Shown: positions 1 to 11,891, counted from the whole stretch's first letter. The stretch: 63,456 bases of DNA, filler included, from Lenisia limosa (GCA_001655205.1; 17 parts of 17 records of this genome joined end to end with filler, not necessarily neighbours in it); one strand, 5' to 3'. Notes: generated by a model from the letters alone, not told the origin. Made by a program: numbers and translations.

Positions 1-45
1 ATGATATATCACGCATTCATCCCCCCACCCCTTTCACGGTTTCAG

Positions 46-1910
46 CCAAGAGGTTCAGAGCGAGGCCCTCCGTGCATTCTGCCAGTCATTCATTGTCCTT
101 CCTCTTTTGGCAGGTTTGTCTTTTATTTCATTCCTTCGTTGGTATTTCCCGCGTCAAAAAGAGTATAGTAGTGCAGGGATAAATTGAACTCTAAGGGTAC
201 AAGGGGGGGGGGGGNNNNNNNNNNNNNNNNNNNNNNNNNNNNNNNNNNNNNNNNNNNNNNNNNNNNNNNNNNNNNNNNNNNNNNNNNNNNNNNNNNNNNN
301 NNNNNNNNNNNNNNNNNNNNNNNNNNNNNNNNNNNNNNNNNNNNCACTGTGGTCTCTCAAGGTTAGCTTTTCACTAAAATTCTTACGAAAATTCAAATTC
401 TGTAAATACCATGTGTCAATATACAGTGACCAATACAAGTCTTGACCGATTTTCTCTTTGTGTCAAATATACAATGACCGATAAGTCTTGACCGATTTAT
501 GATATGTGTCAAATATACAGTGACCGGGATATGTCTTGACAGATTTGCTATGTGATTTCCCTAGGATCATCGGGCAAGACGTATCCCCCAGTATATGTTA
601 TATGTAATTCATGAAGAACAAGGCTGATTATTTTAGGTCAGGTGCTGTCTTCAATTCCCTCAATCCCCCAAGGCATTCTCGAGGTTTGCGTCCGCCCTTA
701 TAGTAAATGCTCCAATTAAATGTTCCTATTAAATCTAGTAAGGATCAACTCATTCCTTTTTTCAAAGCCTCCTTTCTTTCCTTTTCCAAGTCTATTAAAA
801 CTTCAACCCCCCCCCCCCCNNNNNNNNNNNNNNNNNNNNNNNNNNNNNNNNNNNNNNNNNNNNNNNNNNNNNNNNNNNNNNNNNNNNNNNNNNNNNNNNN
901 NNNNNNNNNNNNNNNNNNNNNNNNNNNNNNNNNNNNNNNNNNNNNNNNNNNNNNNNNNNNNNNNNNNNNNNNNNNNNNNNNNNNNNNNNNTGCGAATACG
1001 CACTTAAGCAAGGCAACGCTCTCAAAACGATTTCGTCGACACTACGACCCTTCCTCCGGGGCCTTGTCTCTGTTGGGGGGGTGTGGGGTGGGATTTAACT
1101 TTTATATCATATTATTATCATGGTATGTGTGGAGGCTGGTAGTGTAAGAAGAGGGCTCACAGGCCACGGCTGTTCGCTGTTCAACAGAGATGATTTTGGT
1201 CTTGATTTGTTCCTTTTCACCCCCCTCAAAAAAAACCCTGAAGCGACTGAGCTGGGTTTTTTTTTTTTTTTAGCCAACAGNNNNNNNNNNNNNNNNNNNN
1301 NNNNNNNNNNNNNNNNNNNNNNNNNNNNNNNNNNNNNNNNNNNNNNNNNNNNNNNNNNNNNNNNNNNNNNNNNNNNNNNNNNNNNNNNNNNNNNNNNNNN
1401 NNNNNNNNNNNNNNNNNNNNNNNNNNNNNNNNNNNNNNNNNNCCCAGAAGATGCACGAGGTGGGCAATATATTTACCCTGGGAGGGGGGTATAACGTATT
1501 ATATATCAATATGCTGGGGGCACGCAGAAGCTGTATGCACAGAGTTGTAAGGCAAATGTTTATTAGGTGAATTAATACGCTGGGAAGGCACGCAGAAAGC
1601 TGTGCTATTGAAGCCCTTCTCCCCAATAAGCAAGTCCAATAACCAACCTCCTCTAGAAGCAAGCTGCTCATGGCGACATTTTGGCCACGCGCTCCTTCAC
1701 CTCCAACGACCTTGGCCTTGGTGGCCTGTTTAAAGTGGGTATAGTTGGCCTTGGCTGGTTGTTCAAGGTAGTGGTATATTGTATAGTTGGGGTTGTTGAA
1801 GGTGCGTAATGGAATGGGTTTTTCTTTTTTTTCATGTTGGAGAGATAATATGGCTCGACTTTACTCATACTTCAGGAGTAACTACTGCCCCCCTTTTAGT
1901 GTTCGTTTGA
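46..1910 (+). CDS. Hypothetical multi-exon protein (partial)
   Basis: Phase-compatible GT-AG exons 46-113 (QEVQSEALRAFCQSFIVLPLLA) and 637-683 (GQVLSSIPSIPQGILE). Further candidate exons at ~991-1079 and ~1657-1734. No family recognised; end approximate. Confidence 0.35.
411..595. mobile_element. Family B MITE with tandemly triplicated left arm
   Basis: Three tandem TGTGTCAA(A)TATACA(G/A)TGACC..GTCTTGAC(C/A)GATTT units, then a degenerate right arm (CGGGCAAGACGTATCCCCCAGTA). Confidence 0.6.
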
Positions 1911-2417
1911 ATGCAGTTCTGATTTCACCATACATATGGACTCAACTACGAGTATAATTTTTTCTTTTAATTCTTTTTCAGTTGAAAACTAATTTCAAAG
2001 TTTTTTTTCGGGAGAAAAAGAAAAAGTTTGGGTTGCTGATGAATAAATGAAAAAAAAAAATGAAAAAAAACACAAGTTTGAGTTTCTCAGTCTTTGAAAA
2101 CCAAAGAAACTAAACTGAACAGGGAAGGTTGTTGGAAAACTGATTTGATATTTTCCTAATTCTCTGCGTTTTCACTCCAAGTCTTTACCGTGATCAAGGG
2201 CGATTGGGTCATTTGGACCGAAATATTCCTTAAAAAGTGAAGCTGTATCGCTAGTGATAATTACATTCTGGAGCGGTTGCCGAAAATCATCATTGTCATA
2301 AGACTTCAATAGTTAACATCATTCCCCTCTTGCTTCTTCACTTTGCCATGTCCATATACTCACAGTTTATTTAACTAACACTCAAGCTAAATTATCCAAG
2401 GTTATTATTTTCCACAA

Positions 2418-3242
2418 TTACTTAGGCATGAGAGGGGCAGAAGCAGCGTTGGCAACACCACACATATTGTGTCCACGGATCATCTTAAAGTAGCCCTTCT
2501 GTCCCCATGTCTTACCCCACTGCAACGTTATTACAAATCGTTGTGAATATATATATATATATATATAATGGAAATCAGAATGATAACACAAAGAGAGCAA
2601 ACAAAATCTGGATATAAAAAGCCTATTTTACCCCCCCCCCCACGGAGTTAGCAATAATCCAGAACTTGACGTTATGTCCCAGGACTTCTTCCTCACCATA
2701 GCCGACAATATTGATAGCGTGGTTGACTTGCTATAGGTGTGAGCTTCATAAAAAAATGGATATAATTAACACACAGTTTTAACAAAGACTTTTATGAAAT
2801 AATAGTAAACAATTCCCACCATCCAGTACTTAATAAACAAACACCCCTCTCCCCACGGTCTTGGAACACAGAGGATTGTTAAAAATGCCGCCAATATAGA
2901 ACTGGAGGGTGTTGGCGTTGATGGCAATGGAAATAGGGTTGTTGTTGGCCACAAACGAGGCAATTTGGTCCTCATTGTTAGGTAAGCCTGGAGTAAGATT
3001 AAAGTGAGTTAGTTGACATATCTGGTGTTAGTTTAAACTGAGCACAGAAGTCTGGTAAAACTGTTTTGTGTCACTATAAGAAATATTAATTATAGTTTAA
3101 TTGTTTAATTCAGTTCTTAATTTTTTGAAGAAATTCAATGCTAAAATGTAAAATTGATTTCCCAATTAATTACAAGGATTTGCATTCTTTGACTCAACCT
3201 ACACTGGTATCCGCCAATTTGGGCTACAGCAGTATGCGATTC
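2418..3242 (-). CDS. Papain-family (C1A) cysteine protease, C-terminal exons
   Basis: Exons 3203-3242, 2857-2987, 2644-2730 and 2418-2519 join in frame: ..[87 protein letters not shown]..*. Catalytic His (NHA) and Asn (NSWG) motifs are present. Confidence 0.92.
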
Positions 3243-3360
3243 CTGAACTAAATTAAAAGAGGAAGAAGAGCAATTAAAAGAGGAAAAAGAGCAAAATAAA
3301 GAGGAAAAGTGACGACTGCCCCTCTCTCCTTTCCAAGCCCCTCCCCCCTTCGTGCTATGA

Positions 3361-3484
3361 GATGAGAGTTAAAACCAGGTTGTATCTGGCCGAAGCCGTC
3401 TACACCATCACGCTTATAAGAGATATTGGATAATAGAATTATATTAATACATCCAATCATTTGCCTTACAACTTAGTGCACAGC
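3361..3484. mobile_element. Family C element (one end truncated)
   Basis: Matches the shared core GGTTGTATCTGGCCGAAGCCGTC(C/T)ACACCATCACGCTTATAAGAGATATTGGATAATAG..CCAATCATTTGCCTTACAAC. Confidence 0.8.
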
Positions 3485-3496
3485 CACAATAGCAAC

Positions 3497-3556
3497 GGGG
3501 CAGAAGCAGCGTTGGCAACACCACACATATTGTGTCCACGGATCATCTTAAAGTAG
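3497..3556 (-). repeat. 60-bp exact duplicate of part of the cathepsin last exon (2434-2493)
   Basis: GGGGCAGAAGCAGCG...CATCTTAAAGTAG is identical at both loci; this copy ends at a scaffold end. Confidence 0.85.
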
Positions 3557-3656
3557 NNNNNNNNNNNNNNNNNNNNNNNNNNNNNNNNNNNNNNNNNNNN
3601 TTAATTAATTAANNNNNNNNNNNNNNNNNNNNNNNNNNNNNNNNNNNNNNNNNNNN
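3557..3656. other. Artificial scaffold spacer (one of 16)
   Basis: 44N-TTAATTAATTAA-44N (stops in all six frames). The 12-mer starts at 3601, 7117, 12149, 13329, 17821, 18926, 24937, 28021, 29405, 32309, 34560, 51159, 53529, 57616, 59573 and 62221. Confidence 0.97.
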
Positions 3657-6360
3657 GATCTTGACTTGGGCGTAGATCGGAGCAGCCTCGATCTCAACTT
3701 CTTCAGGCGCCGGAGCGGGAGTGGGGGTCTCAGAGGGAGTAGGCGTCTCGACGGGGGTGGGAATCGCTTCCTTCTGTAGAGTTATTTCTCATTTTTATTG
3801 CTGTTTTTATTAATTTATATGTATTATTGCTGCTGTTTGTTATTATGTACTTGTATGATTACTGCTATTAAATTCTCTTTTCGGGTAAAGCTGGAATATT
3901 TGAACAAGAGAAACCTGATTCAATCACTCAAAGCATAGGACCCCAGCCCACCTCAACTGCAACTTCAGAATGTGTTGCTTCCACCTCAACTTCAACTTCA
4001 GGATATGTTGCTTCCACCTCAACTTCAATTTCTGGATGTATTGCTTGAACCTCAACTTCAGGTGCTGCTTCCCCTGTTTCTAAGAAGTCAGGGGGAATAG
4101 TAAATCTCTTTGGTTAACGATATGAGAGACACTGGACGGTGAGGGTCCAGTTACCAAGGATTTAATGAAGTTTGATCGGGGATTGAACAATACACCAGAT
4201 ATATAGCAATGAGAAATACAAAAACGTTGTACCTGACTGAAGCCGTCCACACCATCACGCTAGAGATATTGGATTATATTACCATATTAATTCACCCAAT
4301 CATTTGCCTCACAACTCTGTGCACCCAGCTTTCTGCGTGCTCCCCAGTATTATATCTTTGATAAAAGCAAATACCCCCCCCCCNNNNNNNNNNNNNNNNN
4401 NNNNNNNNNNNNNNNNNNNNNNNNNNNNNNNNNNNNNNNNNNNNGAGGGCTGGATCTATAAGCTATATAAAACATGGAGTGGTCTTGGCTCAAACTGTGT
4501 TAGTGATACGTAGTCACATATAAACACAAGCTTTGCTCTTGTCACAACATACGAGGGGAGTTTTGCTGCTGTGGTACAGGGAGGCCAGGAGCAGTAGCGA
4601 GGGGCATGTTGGGAGGGGTGTCAAGCTTAGGTGGCTCTGGGGAGTATGTCAATTCGGGCTAAGACAGAAAAAATATGTGTCACTATGAACTGAGAATTTT
4701 TAGAAATTTAGTCTTTCTAACACTGTCCTAAAAAAAACTGTCAGCAAGCCTACTGGATTCCGGTTCGGGTGACGACTCAATATTGAGGTTACCTAAAGGG
4801 TAAATCAAACCGAGAAAGTTGCCTGGTAAGGAAACTGCCGTTAGTAGAAGTGGTGTATGCATGTAGTATGTCATAGAGAGATGAGAAATAAAACAAGGTT
4901 GTATCTGGTCGAAGCCTTCCAAACCATCACGCTGACAAGAGGTATTGGATTATAGTATAAGAGTAATTCACCAATCATTTGCCCTTGCAACTCACAGCTT
5001 TCTGTGTGCCTCCCAAGACTACAATATCTTCTTTTTTCCAAAAAAAAAAACCCCACCAGGAGGGGCAGAAATGGGCTTCTCCTGAATATCGAGAACATTG
5101 GCAAGATCTCCGATCTCGGTTTCCGTCAGCTCGGGTGCAGCCGAAGACTGTGATGTCAATTTCATTGTTTTGGGATAGATGTGTTATCCCCATGTACTAA
5201 TTTGTTTCTTTAGTGCATTTACATTATGTAGAGTGACCGCGATAAGTCCCACATAATTAACAAAAACAAAGCCCAATAACCGTGTCAGGACTTATCATGA
5301 TCATTGAATATATCCCCAGGTTTTATTTGATGTTTTGCCTTGTGCTCTCAAACACAATGTCAGATATCCCATGTAAAAAACACATCATCGCTAACTTCAA
5401 CGCCCAGGCCGGGGGGTGCGCTTTCCTCCGCTTCCGGGAGGGGTTCGGCAGCCGGAACTTCGGTGGCGTTATCGGCAGTGGTTTCGGCTGTCGGATAGGG
5501 TTCGGAAGCAGTGTCGGAAGTGGGGTGGGCTTCTTCCGTTGGGATTGACATTCCGGGGGGTCCGGTTTGTTTTGGCTCTGGAAGGTGTCGGTAAGATATT
5601 CATCGATATTTATCGAAGATTTTTTCTCGAGGATTTATCGAGGATTCATCAGGAAAAAAACATAAGCTCTGAGGATTGCAAAAAGAAGCCCACTTTCCGG
5701 CTCGGCTTCTTTCTTAACCGGCTCCTCGAGATCAGCAACTGCAAAGTCAAGACTCTCCACTACCAGAAGCAATGTAATACACAAGCCCTAACCTGAAGCA
5801 CAAGCACATTTATGTACAATGACCAGGATAAATCTTGCCCGATTTGTTATATGATGATACCGATAGACACAGTGATAAACTAATGAAAATGATTTCTCAA
5901 GGAAAACCGGTCAAAACTTATCGCGGTCAGTATATGATATATAATATAATATACTACTACATGTAATATACATGTAATACACTATATATCATATGTATAC
6001 TATATTATATATGATATATTATATATATTTGATATAGTATATCACCCCAAACCTGGGGGAGCACTCGACATAGAAGGAGGCGCATAAGCCCGCATAATGT
6101 CAATAGGCGTCTTCACGTCCGGCTTTGACGGTATGATGATAGGCTCTTTCAGGGTCACCGGGGCATAAACAGGGGGTGTCCCTTCCGCGACAGGAGGTTG
6201 GTTCTCGTTAGGAGTTGTTTCAAGCTGTTTCGGCTCGGTTTGGCACGGTTCAGTCTCGGGTTGAGGCTTTTGAGGCTCCGGTTGGCTCTGTTGGGTGTAG
6301 GAGGACTGCTTGGAGGGAGGAGACGTGTGGAAGGGTTTTTCTGGGGTGGGGGGTAAAGAA
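3657..6360 (-). CDS. Pro/Glu/Thr-rich low-complexity protein (partial, multi-exon)
   Basis: Exons read KEAIPTPVETPTPSETPTPAPAPEEVEIE, EVEVEATYPEVEVEVEATHSE, SSAAPELTETEIGDLANVLDIQEK and IPTEEAHPTSDTASEP, bounded by AG/GT. Boundaries approximate. Confidence 0.55.
4199..4352. mobile_element. Family C element, near full length
   Basis: ATATAGCAATGAGAAATA...CATTTGCCTCACAACTCTGTGCACCCAGCTTTCTGCGTGCTCCCCAGTAT. Other copies or remnants at ~1510-1605, 4881-5016, 7985-8045, 8550-8625, 14316-14450, 20068-20155, 22803-22860, 25208-25252, 27067-27217, 31893-31935, 55650-55735. Confidence 0.85.
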
Positions 6361-7509
6361 CTGTTTTTGAATTAGGGAAATAAAAGAGATGGAAAAGATA
6401 TTAGGGCCTTTCAATTAATTGCCACAATTGGCTTTTTTTTTTTCCGAAACAATTAATTGCCAATTAAATGTATGCTATCAATACCCTCCCCCCATACCGG
6501 AGCGATCAGACTGCTTTCTAGTTCGACGCATTTTACCGGGCGGGGCGACCAGATCTGAAAATATCACGAGGGGGGCTTCTATACGGCCCCAAAAAGACTG
6601 AATTTCTCGATAGATCCTCGAAGAATATCGATATTTTTCGAGGATCTATTGTGGACCGTAGGGAAGCCTTAATCAAGAGGGGGGTGTGGGTAGTGCTTTC
6701 ATCCTATCCGAACAATTCCGGTAATACCCATATTTATCGTGGCTTTATCAAGAAATTAAGTCTTTTCAAGAACATGAAGCGAATCCATTGGTAAGGGACT
6801 GCAGATCCTGGGATCTGATCAAAGAGGTGAATACACTATTATTCTAGCTGAGAGCTGGAGAATATATAGCAATGAGAAATATGCTGGAGATATAGGAATA
6901 TGGTGACAAATCTGTCAGATATAAAAAAAAAAGCTCTACGCACCAACCCGAATGGTCACGAGGTTTCTTGTAAGGAGCAGCCTAAAATCGTAAATCAAGA
7001 GAAGGCATGAATCAAGGTCAAATAATATGTTGAGATTACAAGGAAAATAGGAGTTCTGACAAGATAAGACTANNNNNNNNNNNNNNNNNNNNNNNNNNNN
7101 NNNNNNNNNNNNNNNNTTAATTAATTAANNNNNNNNNNNNNNNNNNNNNNNNNNNNNNNNNNNNNNNNNNNNTGACAACTGGAATTGCACTCAGTGTGCT
7201 GCAGGCTACTATTCCAATGGATATGGCGGCTGTAAAAGTTTGGGGCATTTAACGCATAGACATTGACCGGGATAAGTCTTGACCGAATTAAATTTCCTTG
7301 GGAAATCATAGAGCAAATAGGTTGTAACTTATCCGGTCAGTGTACAAATGACCTTGACCGTACAAATGACCGTACAAATGAGCGTTCTTGGGGGCCGTTT
7401 TTGCTCTGAACCCATGACCCCCAAAGGCTGAGAATTCCACATCCCTCCCCGCATTAAATATGATATAGTATACCCCCACATGTAATAGTACATATAGTAT
7501 TATCATTTG

Positions 7510-7644
7510 TGCGCTGGAGTGATCTGCAGTAGCAACTGGCCTGGGCTTTGTTTATTTTGTTGTTCTCAACCCTTGTGTCGTCAACAGAGTTGTTTGGGCT
7601 TTTTTTTGTTTCATAAAATTTCCAATTTCACTCCCCCCCCCCCC
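7510..7644 (+). mobile_element. Family D element
   Basis: GCGCTGGAGTGAT..GCAACTGGCCTGGGCTTTG..CAACAGAGTTG..TTCATAAAATTTCCAATTTCACT-Cn; runs into a gap. Confidence 0.8.
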
Positions 7645-7790
7645 NNNNNNNNNNNNNNNNNNNNNNNNNNNNNNNNNNNNNNNNNNNNNNNNNNNNNNNN
7701 NNNNNNNNNNNNNNNNNNNNNNNNNNNNNNNNNNNNNNNNNNNNNNNNNNNNNNNNNNNNNNNNNNNNNNNNNNNNNNNNNNNNNNNNNN

Positions 7791-10700
7791 TATCTCGAGG
7801 ATGGCCTTTGTCAAGGTATTAGGCGGGTGTCTTATAAGTAGGGCTTCACTTAGGTTCAAAAAAAAAACTGTCTCGACAAATACTCGAAAACTATCGATAT
7901 TTAACCAGTTTTTTTTCGAACCGAAGTGAAGCCCTACCTAAGGAATAAGTGGAGAGTCTTAGACGGTATAAGTGGAGGAGTCTTATAAGTGTGATGTGGA
8001 CGGCTTCAGGCAGATACAACCTTGTTTTATTTCTCATTTCTGTATTATAAGGAGGGGTTGGTGTAGTAAGGGTCATTATCTGCAAGTGGGTATGCATAGC
8101 TTGAGTGTATAAAGGGTAGGGGTGATAGTGCCCACCCCACCGAGAATGTCTCTTATTTCACCCCGAGAATGTCTCGTATTTCACCCCGAGAATGTCTCGT
8201 ATTTCACCCCCAGAATGTTTATACGTCTGCGGGTCGTGCTCCACTGCTGATATCTGCGACGATTGTATTGACGGATACTACCTTGATGGGGGTGAATGTA
8301 AATGTGGGGGGTGGGGCAGTTTATTAGTAATTGTTTACTACTTCTTATTGTAATTGTTTTTGAAGCAGTTTGTCTAATTTGAAACGGTATATATATTTTA
8401 TTTTTTAAAAGTTTATTTGTGTGACTTTATACAGTTTATTTCTACGATTTCTACTGCGCAGTGGCCAATTCCACCTACTGCTTCAGCTGTAAAGCAGGAA
8501 GCGGGTTTGATGACGCGGGTTACTGCCGGAGTAGGGGGTTTCAAGGGAAATATATAGCAATGAGCAATAAAAAACAAGGTTGTATTTGACCGGAGCCGTC
8601 CACACCACCAGAGATATTGGGTTATAGTGAGTACCTTGTATTGGGTGAGAGATACAATGTGAAGGTTTTTAATTCTGATTATGATATGAAATTGTGGAAC
8701 CTTCCCTGTTTATTCCCCTTACCCCAAGATTGCGGAAGCGGATGTGCCAATTGCGACGGTAACACAGCCACGTGTCTGGCTTGTGATGCTGGCTTTTACT
8801 TCGACCTTCATGGCAGTTGCGAATGTATGACCCTATTTCTATTTCTCTCTGACCCTCTATTTCTATTTCTCTCTGACCCTCATTTCTATTTCTCTCTGAC
8901 CCTCTATTTCTATTTCTCTCTGATCCTCTATTTCTATTTCTCTCTGACCCTATTTCTATTTGTCTCTCTCTGACCCTCTATTTCTAATTCTCTCTCACCC
9001 TCTATTTCTATTTCTCTCTTACCCTTTATTTCTATTTCTCTCTGACCATCTATTTCTATTTCTCTCCTACCCTCTATTTCTATTTCTCTCTGACCCTATT
9101 TCTATTTGTCTCTCTCTGACCCTCTATTCTTTTTTTTTTTTTTTTCTCTCTTACCCTCTNNNNNNNNNNNNNNNNNNNNNNNNNNNNNNNNNNNNNNNNN
9201 NNNNNNNNNNNNNNNNNNNNNNNNNNNNNNTGACCCTCTGTTTCTATTTCTCTGACACACTAGCTTGCATGGGCGGTTGTGCCAGCACCAACAGTACGCA
9301 TGTGACAGCTTGTAACACGGGTTTTTACGTCAATGAAGCTGCGAATGGGTGTAACTGTGGGGGGGGGGGGGCTGCAAANNNNNNNNNNCAAGAGGGAAGA
9401 AAAGGTGACGAAGAATAAGGTCGAGAGGGACACACTAACTGTATTAATACATGATAGGGCTCTATGGGGGCTTTGGCACGGATCTCACAGAGATCTGACC
9501 AGGAAAGCCAGCATAGCTGTCCTTTTCACACTCAATTACATGTGACCTTACTACAGTATCACATTGAAGGAAGTTAGAATATTTGTGTGTAGTAACAAGA
9601 ATTGTGACAGTGGGAGGGGGGTATCAAATGGAGTAACAAGAATTGTGACAGTATTTGAATCAGAGGGCTATGTTGTTGGCATAAACTTTATCTGAGAGAA
9701 GAAGGTCATTTTTCAAACCTATTTTGGGTTTCAACTTACCTTGTAGTGTGCCCTTCTGGTTGTCCCAATTGCTCCGGCACCATGTGGGGGGATATGCAGT
9801 TGTGTTAAATATAGCAATGACCTGGGGAGTCTCGTATCGAATCGCTGCAGTATCATTATGGAATATTTCTATACTATATCATATTATATTATCATATGTA
9901 ATATATCATATATAGGTTGGTGGTTAAAACCGCGAACATGATTTATACCGCGAACATGATTAAAACAAATCGCTTCAATAACACCCTTTTTAGTGTGAAA
10001 TTCGGCAGTTTTGAGTTAGACTATCAATAACATCAAAACAAAGAAATTATGAGCAAAAAGAAGAAAAAAAAGAGGAGATAAAAAATCGAATTGATCAGAA
10101 TCGAACCCGGACAGGGTCACCCAGTTTCCTTTACGCGAAAATATTTTTTGAAACCCCCCTCTTTCAGAATAATAGCATTTTAAGCCTATTAAAGTGCCCC
10201 ACTATAGAAACGCAGATTTTTAAGGAGAATTTGAATCTGAAGTCCATTTTTGGAGAAAATGTAGTGGTTTTGAGGTATTTAAGTCAACTTTTGTAACGGG
10301 GTTTTCAAGAATTTTCCTTGTTTAGTCTCTATAACAGAGCCAATGGACGAAATAGACGTCTGATTAAAGTATATACTGCGTCAATAACCCATTTACCGTT
10401 CTGGAACGGCACATAAGGTAAGAGTCAAATTCGCTTGATTTATTAACATCTTCTATCATATTTTCGCCCATTTTNNNNNNNNNNNNNNNNNNNNNNNNNN
10501 NNNNNNNNNNNNNNNNNNNNNNNNNNNNNNNNNNNNNNNNNNNNNNNNNNNNNNNNNNNNNNNAAAATCAAATCTGGTGCAAGAACGTCTTCACTTTATC
10601 GCAGGGACAATTCTAGGCCCATAATCAGTGTTTTTAATGTATTTTGCATGAAAAATTAAAGTACCATGAAGGTGGTATTTTGCATGTCTATTCTAATGAA

Positions 10701-11891
10701 TAAAACCCTGTATAAAGGAGTGTTTCTGGCGATAATTTGCAAAAAATGCGGAAGAGGCGTAAATAAGTAGCGTATTGACTCAAAAATGAAAGAAAAGCCT
10801 CCTTTTTGTTCGCGGTTTTAATCATGTTTGCGGTTTTAATCATATTCGCGGTTTTAATCATGTTCGCGGTTTTAACTATATATCTATATACATGTACATA
10901 TATCACATATGTAATATATCATATGTATATCATATGTAAATCATATCAAATGTGTAGGTATGATACATAATATTTATTATTTTATATAGCTATCAGTATA
11001 TGATTTTGCCCATATGCTGATTGTACTTTTTTATTCTCCGCCGATCATCTGATCATGAAAGCCTCTCTAAGCCTTGTAGATGTGAGGCTGTGAGTGCAAC
11101 GTCTTACAAAGATTCGACCGGAATGGTGCATCAGAATGGTGTGTGGATTGGAAGAAAGACGAGATCCTTTGGGTTACCTTATGAGTGGAACTGTTTGTTT
11201 TTATACCCCCGCCCGCCTCCCGACGTCATTATTTCACCAACAATTTCCATTGAAGTTCTTCATTCCCTCCCCTGGGTTTACTCTCTCAGAATGTGGCCCT
11301 GGCTGTGAGGCTTGCAATCTTGGGCTTTGCACAAGGTATGGTATATAGCTGAATGATATGTGATTTGAATATTTGCTCAGAAATAATGTGAGAATATTAA
11401 ATAATATAATATAATTATTCGATATATCATATATTAATGTCTGGAAGTGCTTCGTTTAAACTCCCCTTATTTGCCAGCCATTTTTACTCCTGCATCTTTT
11501 TTTGACCATTTCTACTCCCCCATCTTTTTTTACCATTTTAGCTGCTCTTCCGGATATTATTTGGACGTGAATCATGACTATTGTTTCCGTGGGAGGGTTT
11601 TTTTCTGTCTACTGAAGGGATAGATTGTGGGGTTTTTTTCTGGGGTTTTGAAGATGGTAGACCGAATGAAGAGTTGGATGAGTGGGGATTATGTTACGTG
11701 CCACTAACCATATTAGCTTGTCATGTGCCACTAACCATATTAGCTTGTCACGTGCCACTAACCATATTAGCCTGTCACGTGCCACTAACCATTTTAGCTT
11801 GTCACGTGGGGTGTTCCTCGTGTGAGAGTACGTACAACTGCACTTCCTGTGTTGAAGGCGCCTATATGACCTCCTCCAATATTTGTAACTG
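7791..11891 (+). CDS. Cysteine-rich CxxC/furin-like repeat surface protein (partial)
   Basis: Exons: CLYVCGSCSTADICDDCIDGYYLDGGECK (~8214-8300), CGSGCANCDGNTATCLACDAGFYFDLHGSCE (~8729-8824), CMGGCASTNSTHVTACNTGFYVNEAANGCN (~9264-9356), CGPGCEACNLGLCT (~11290-11336), CSSGYYLDVNHDYCF (~11541-11587), CHVGCSSCESTYNCTSCVEGAYMTSSNICN (11798-~11890). Confidence 0.8.
7839..7936. mobile_element. Family A MITE
   Basis: TA|GGGCTTCACTTAGGTTC...GAACCGAAGTGAAGCCC|TA: terminal inverted repeats with a TA flank on both sides; intronic. Confidence 0.85.
8148..8213 (+). repeat. 23-bp tandem repeat (x3) abutting a splice acceptor
   Basis: CCGAGAATGTCTC(T/G)TATTTCACC x3, then CCCAG|AATGTTT. Confidence 0.8.
8827..9250 (+). 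repeat. Intronic ~24-bp minisatellite
   Basis: Many copies of TGACCCTCTATTTCTATTTCTCTC fill the intron; interrupted by a gap. Confidence 0.9.
9923..10876. mobile_element. Foldback-like element with inverted tandem 18-bp arrays
   Basis: Left end GTTAAAACCGCGAACATGATT x2 (9923-9965). Right end is the reverse complement, x4 (10808-10876). AT-rich non-coding interior and TA-rich flanks. Confidence 0.55.
11698..11805 (+). repeat. 27-bp tandem repeat (x4) spanning branch point, acceptor and exon start
   Basis: GTGCCACTAACCATATTAGCTTGTCAC x4; the last AG (11796-11797) opens the Cys-rich exon. Confidence 0.9.

Noticed and set aside
123-1494. Supplied ORFs dominated by X, or running through repeats and introns
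   Set aside because: They are open only because of N gaps or low-complexity and MITE sequence; not protein-coding evidence.
4199-4352. Family C as a hammerhead or group II intron-derived ribozyme
   Set aside because: No CTGANGA...GAAA core and no domain V motif found on either strand.
11698-11805. CRISPR-like array
   Set aside because: Repeats are head-to-tail with no unique spacers, lie in a eukaryotic intron, and there are no cas genes.
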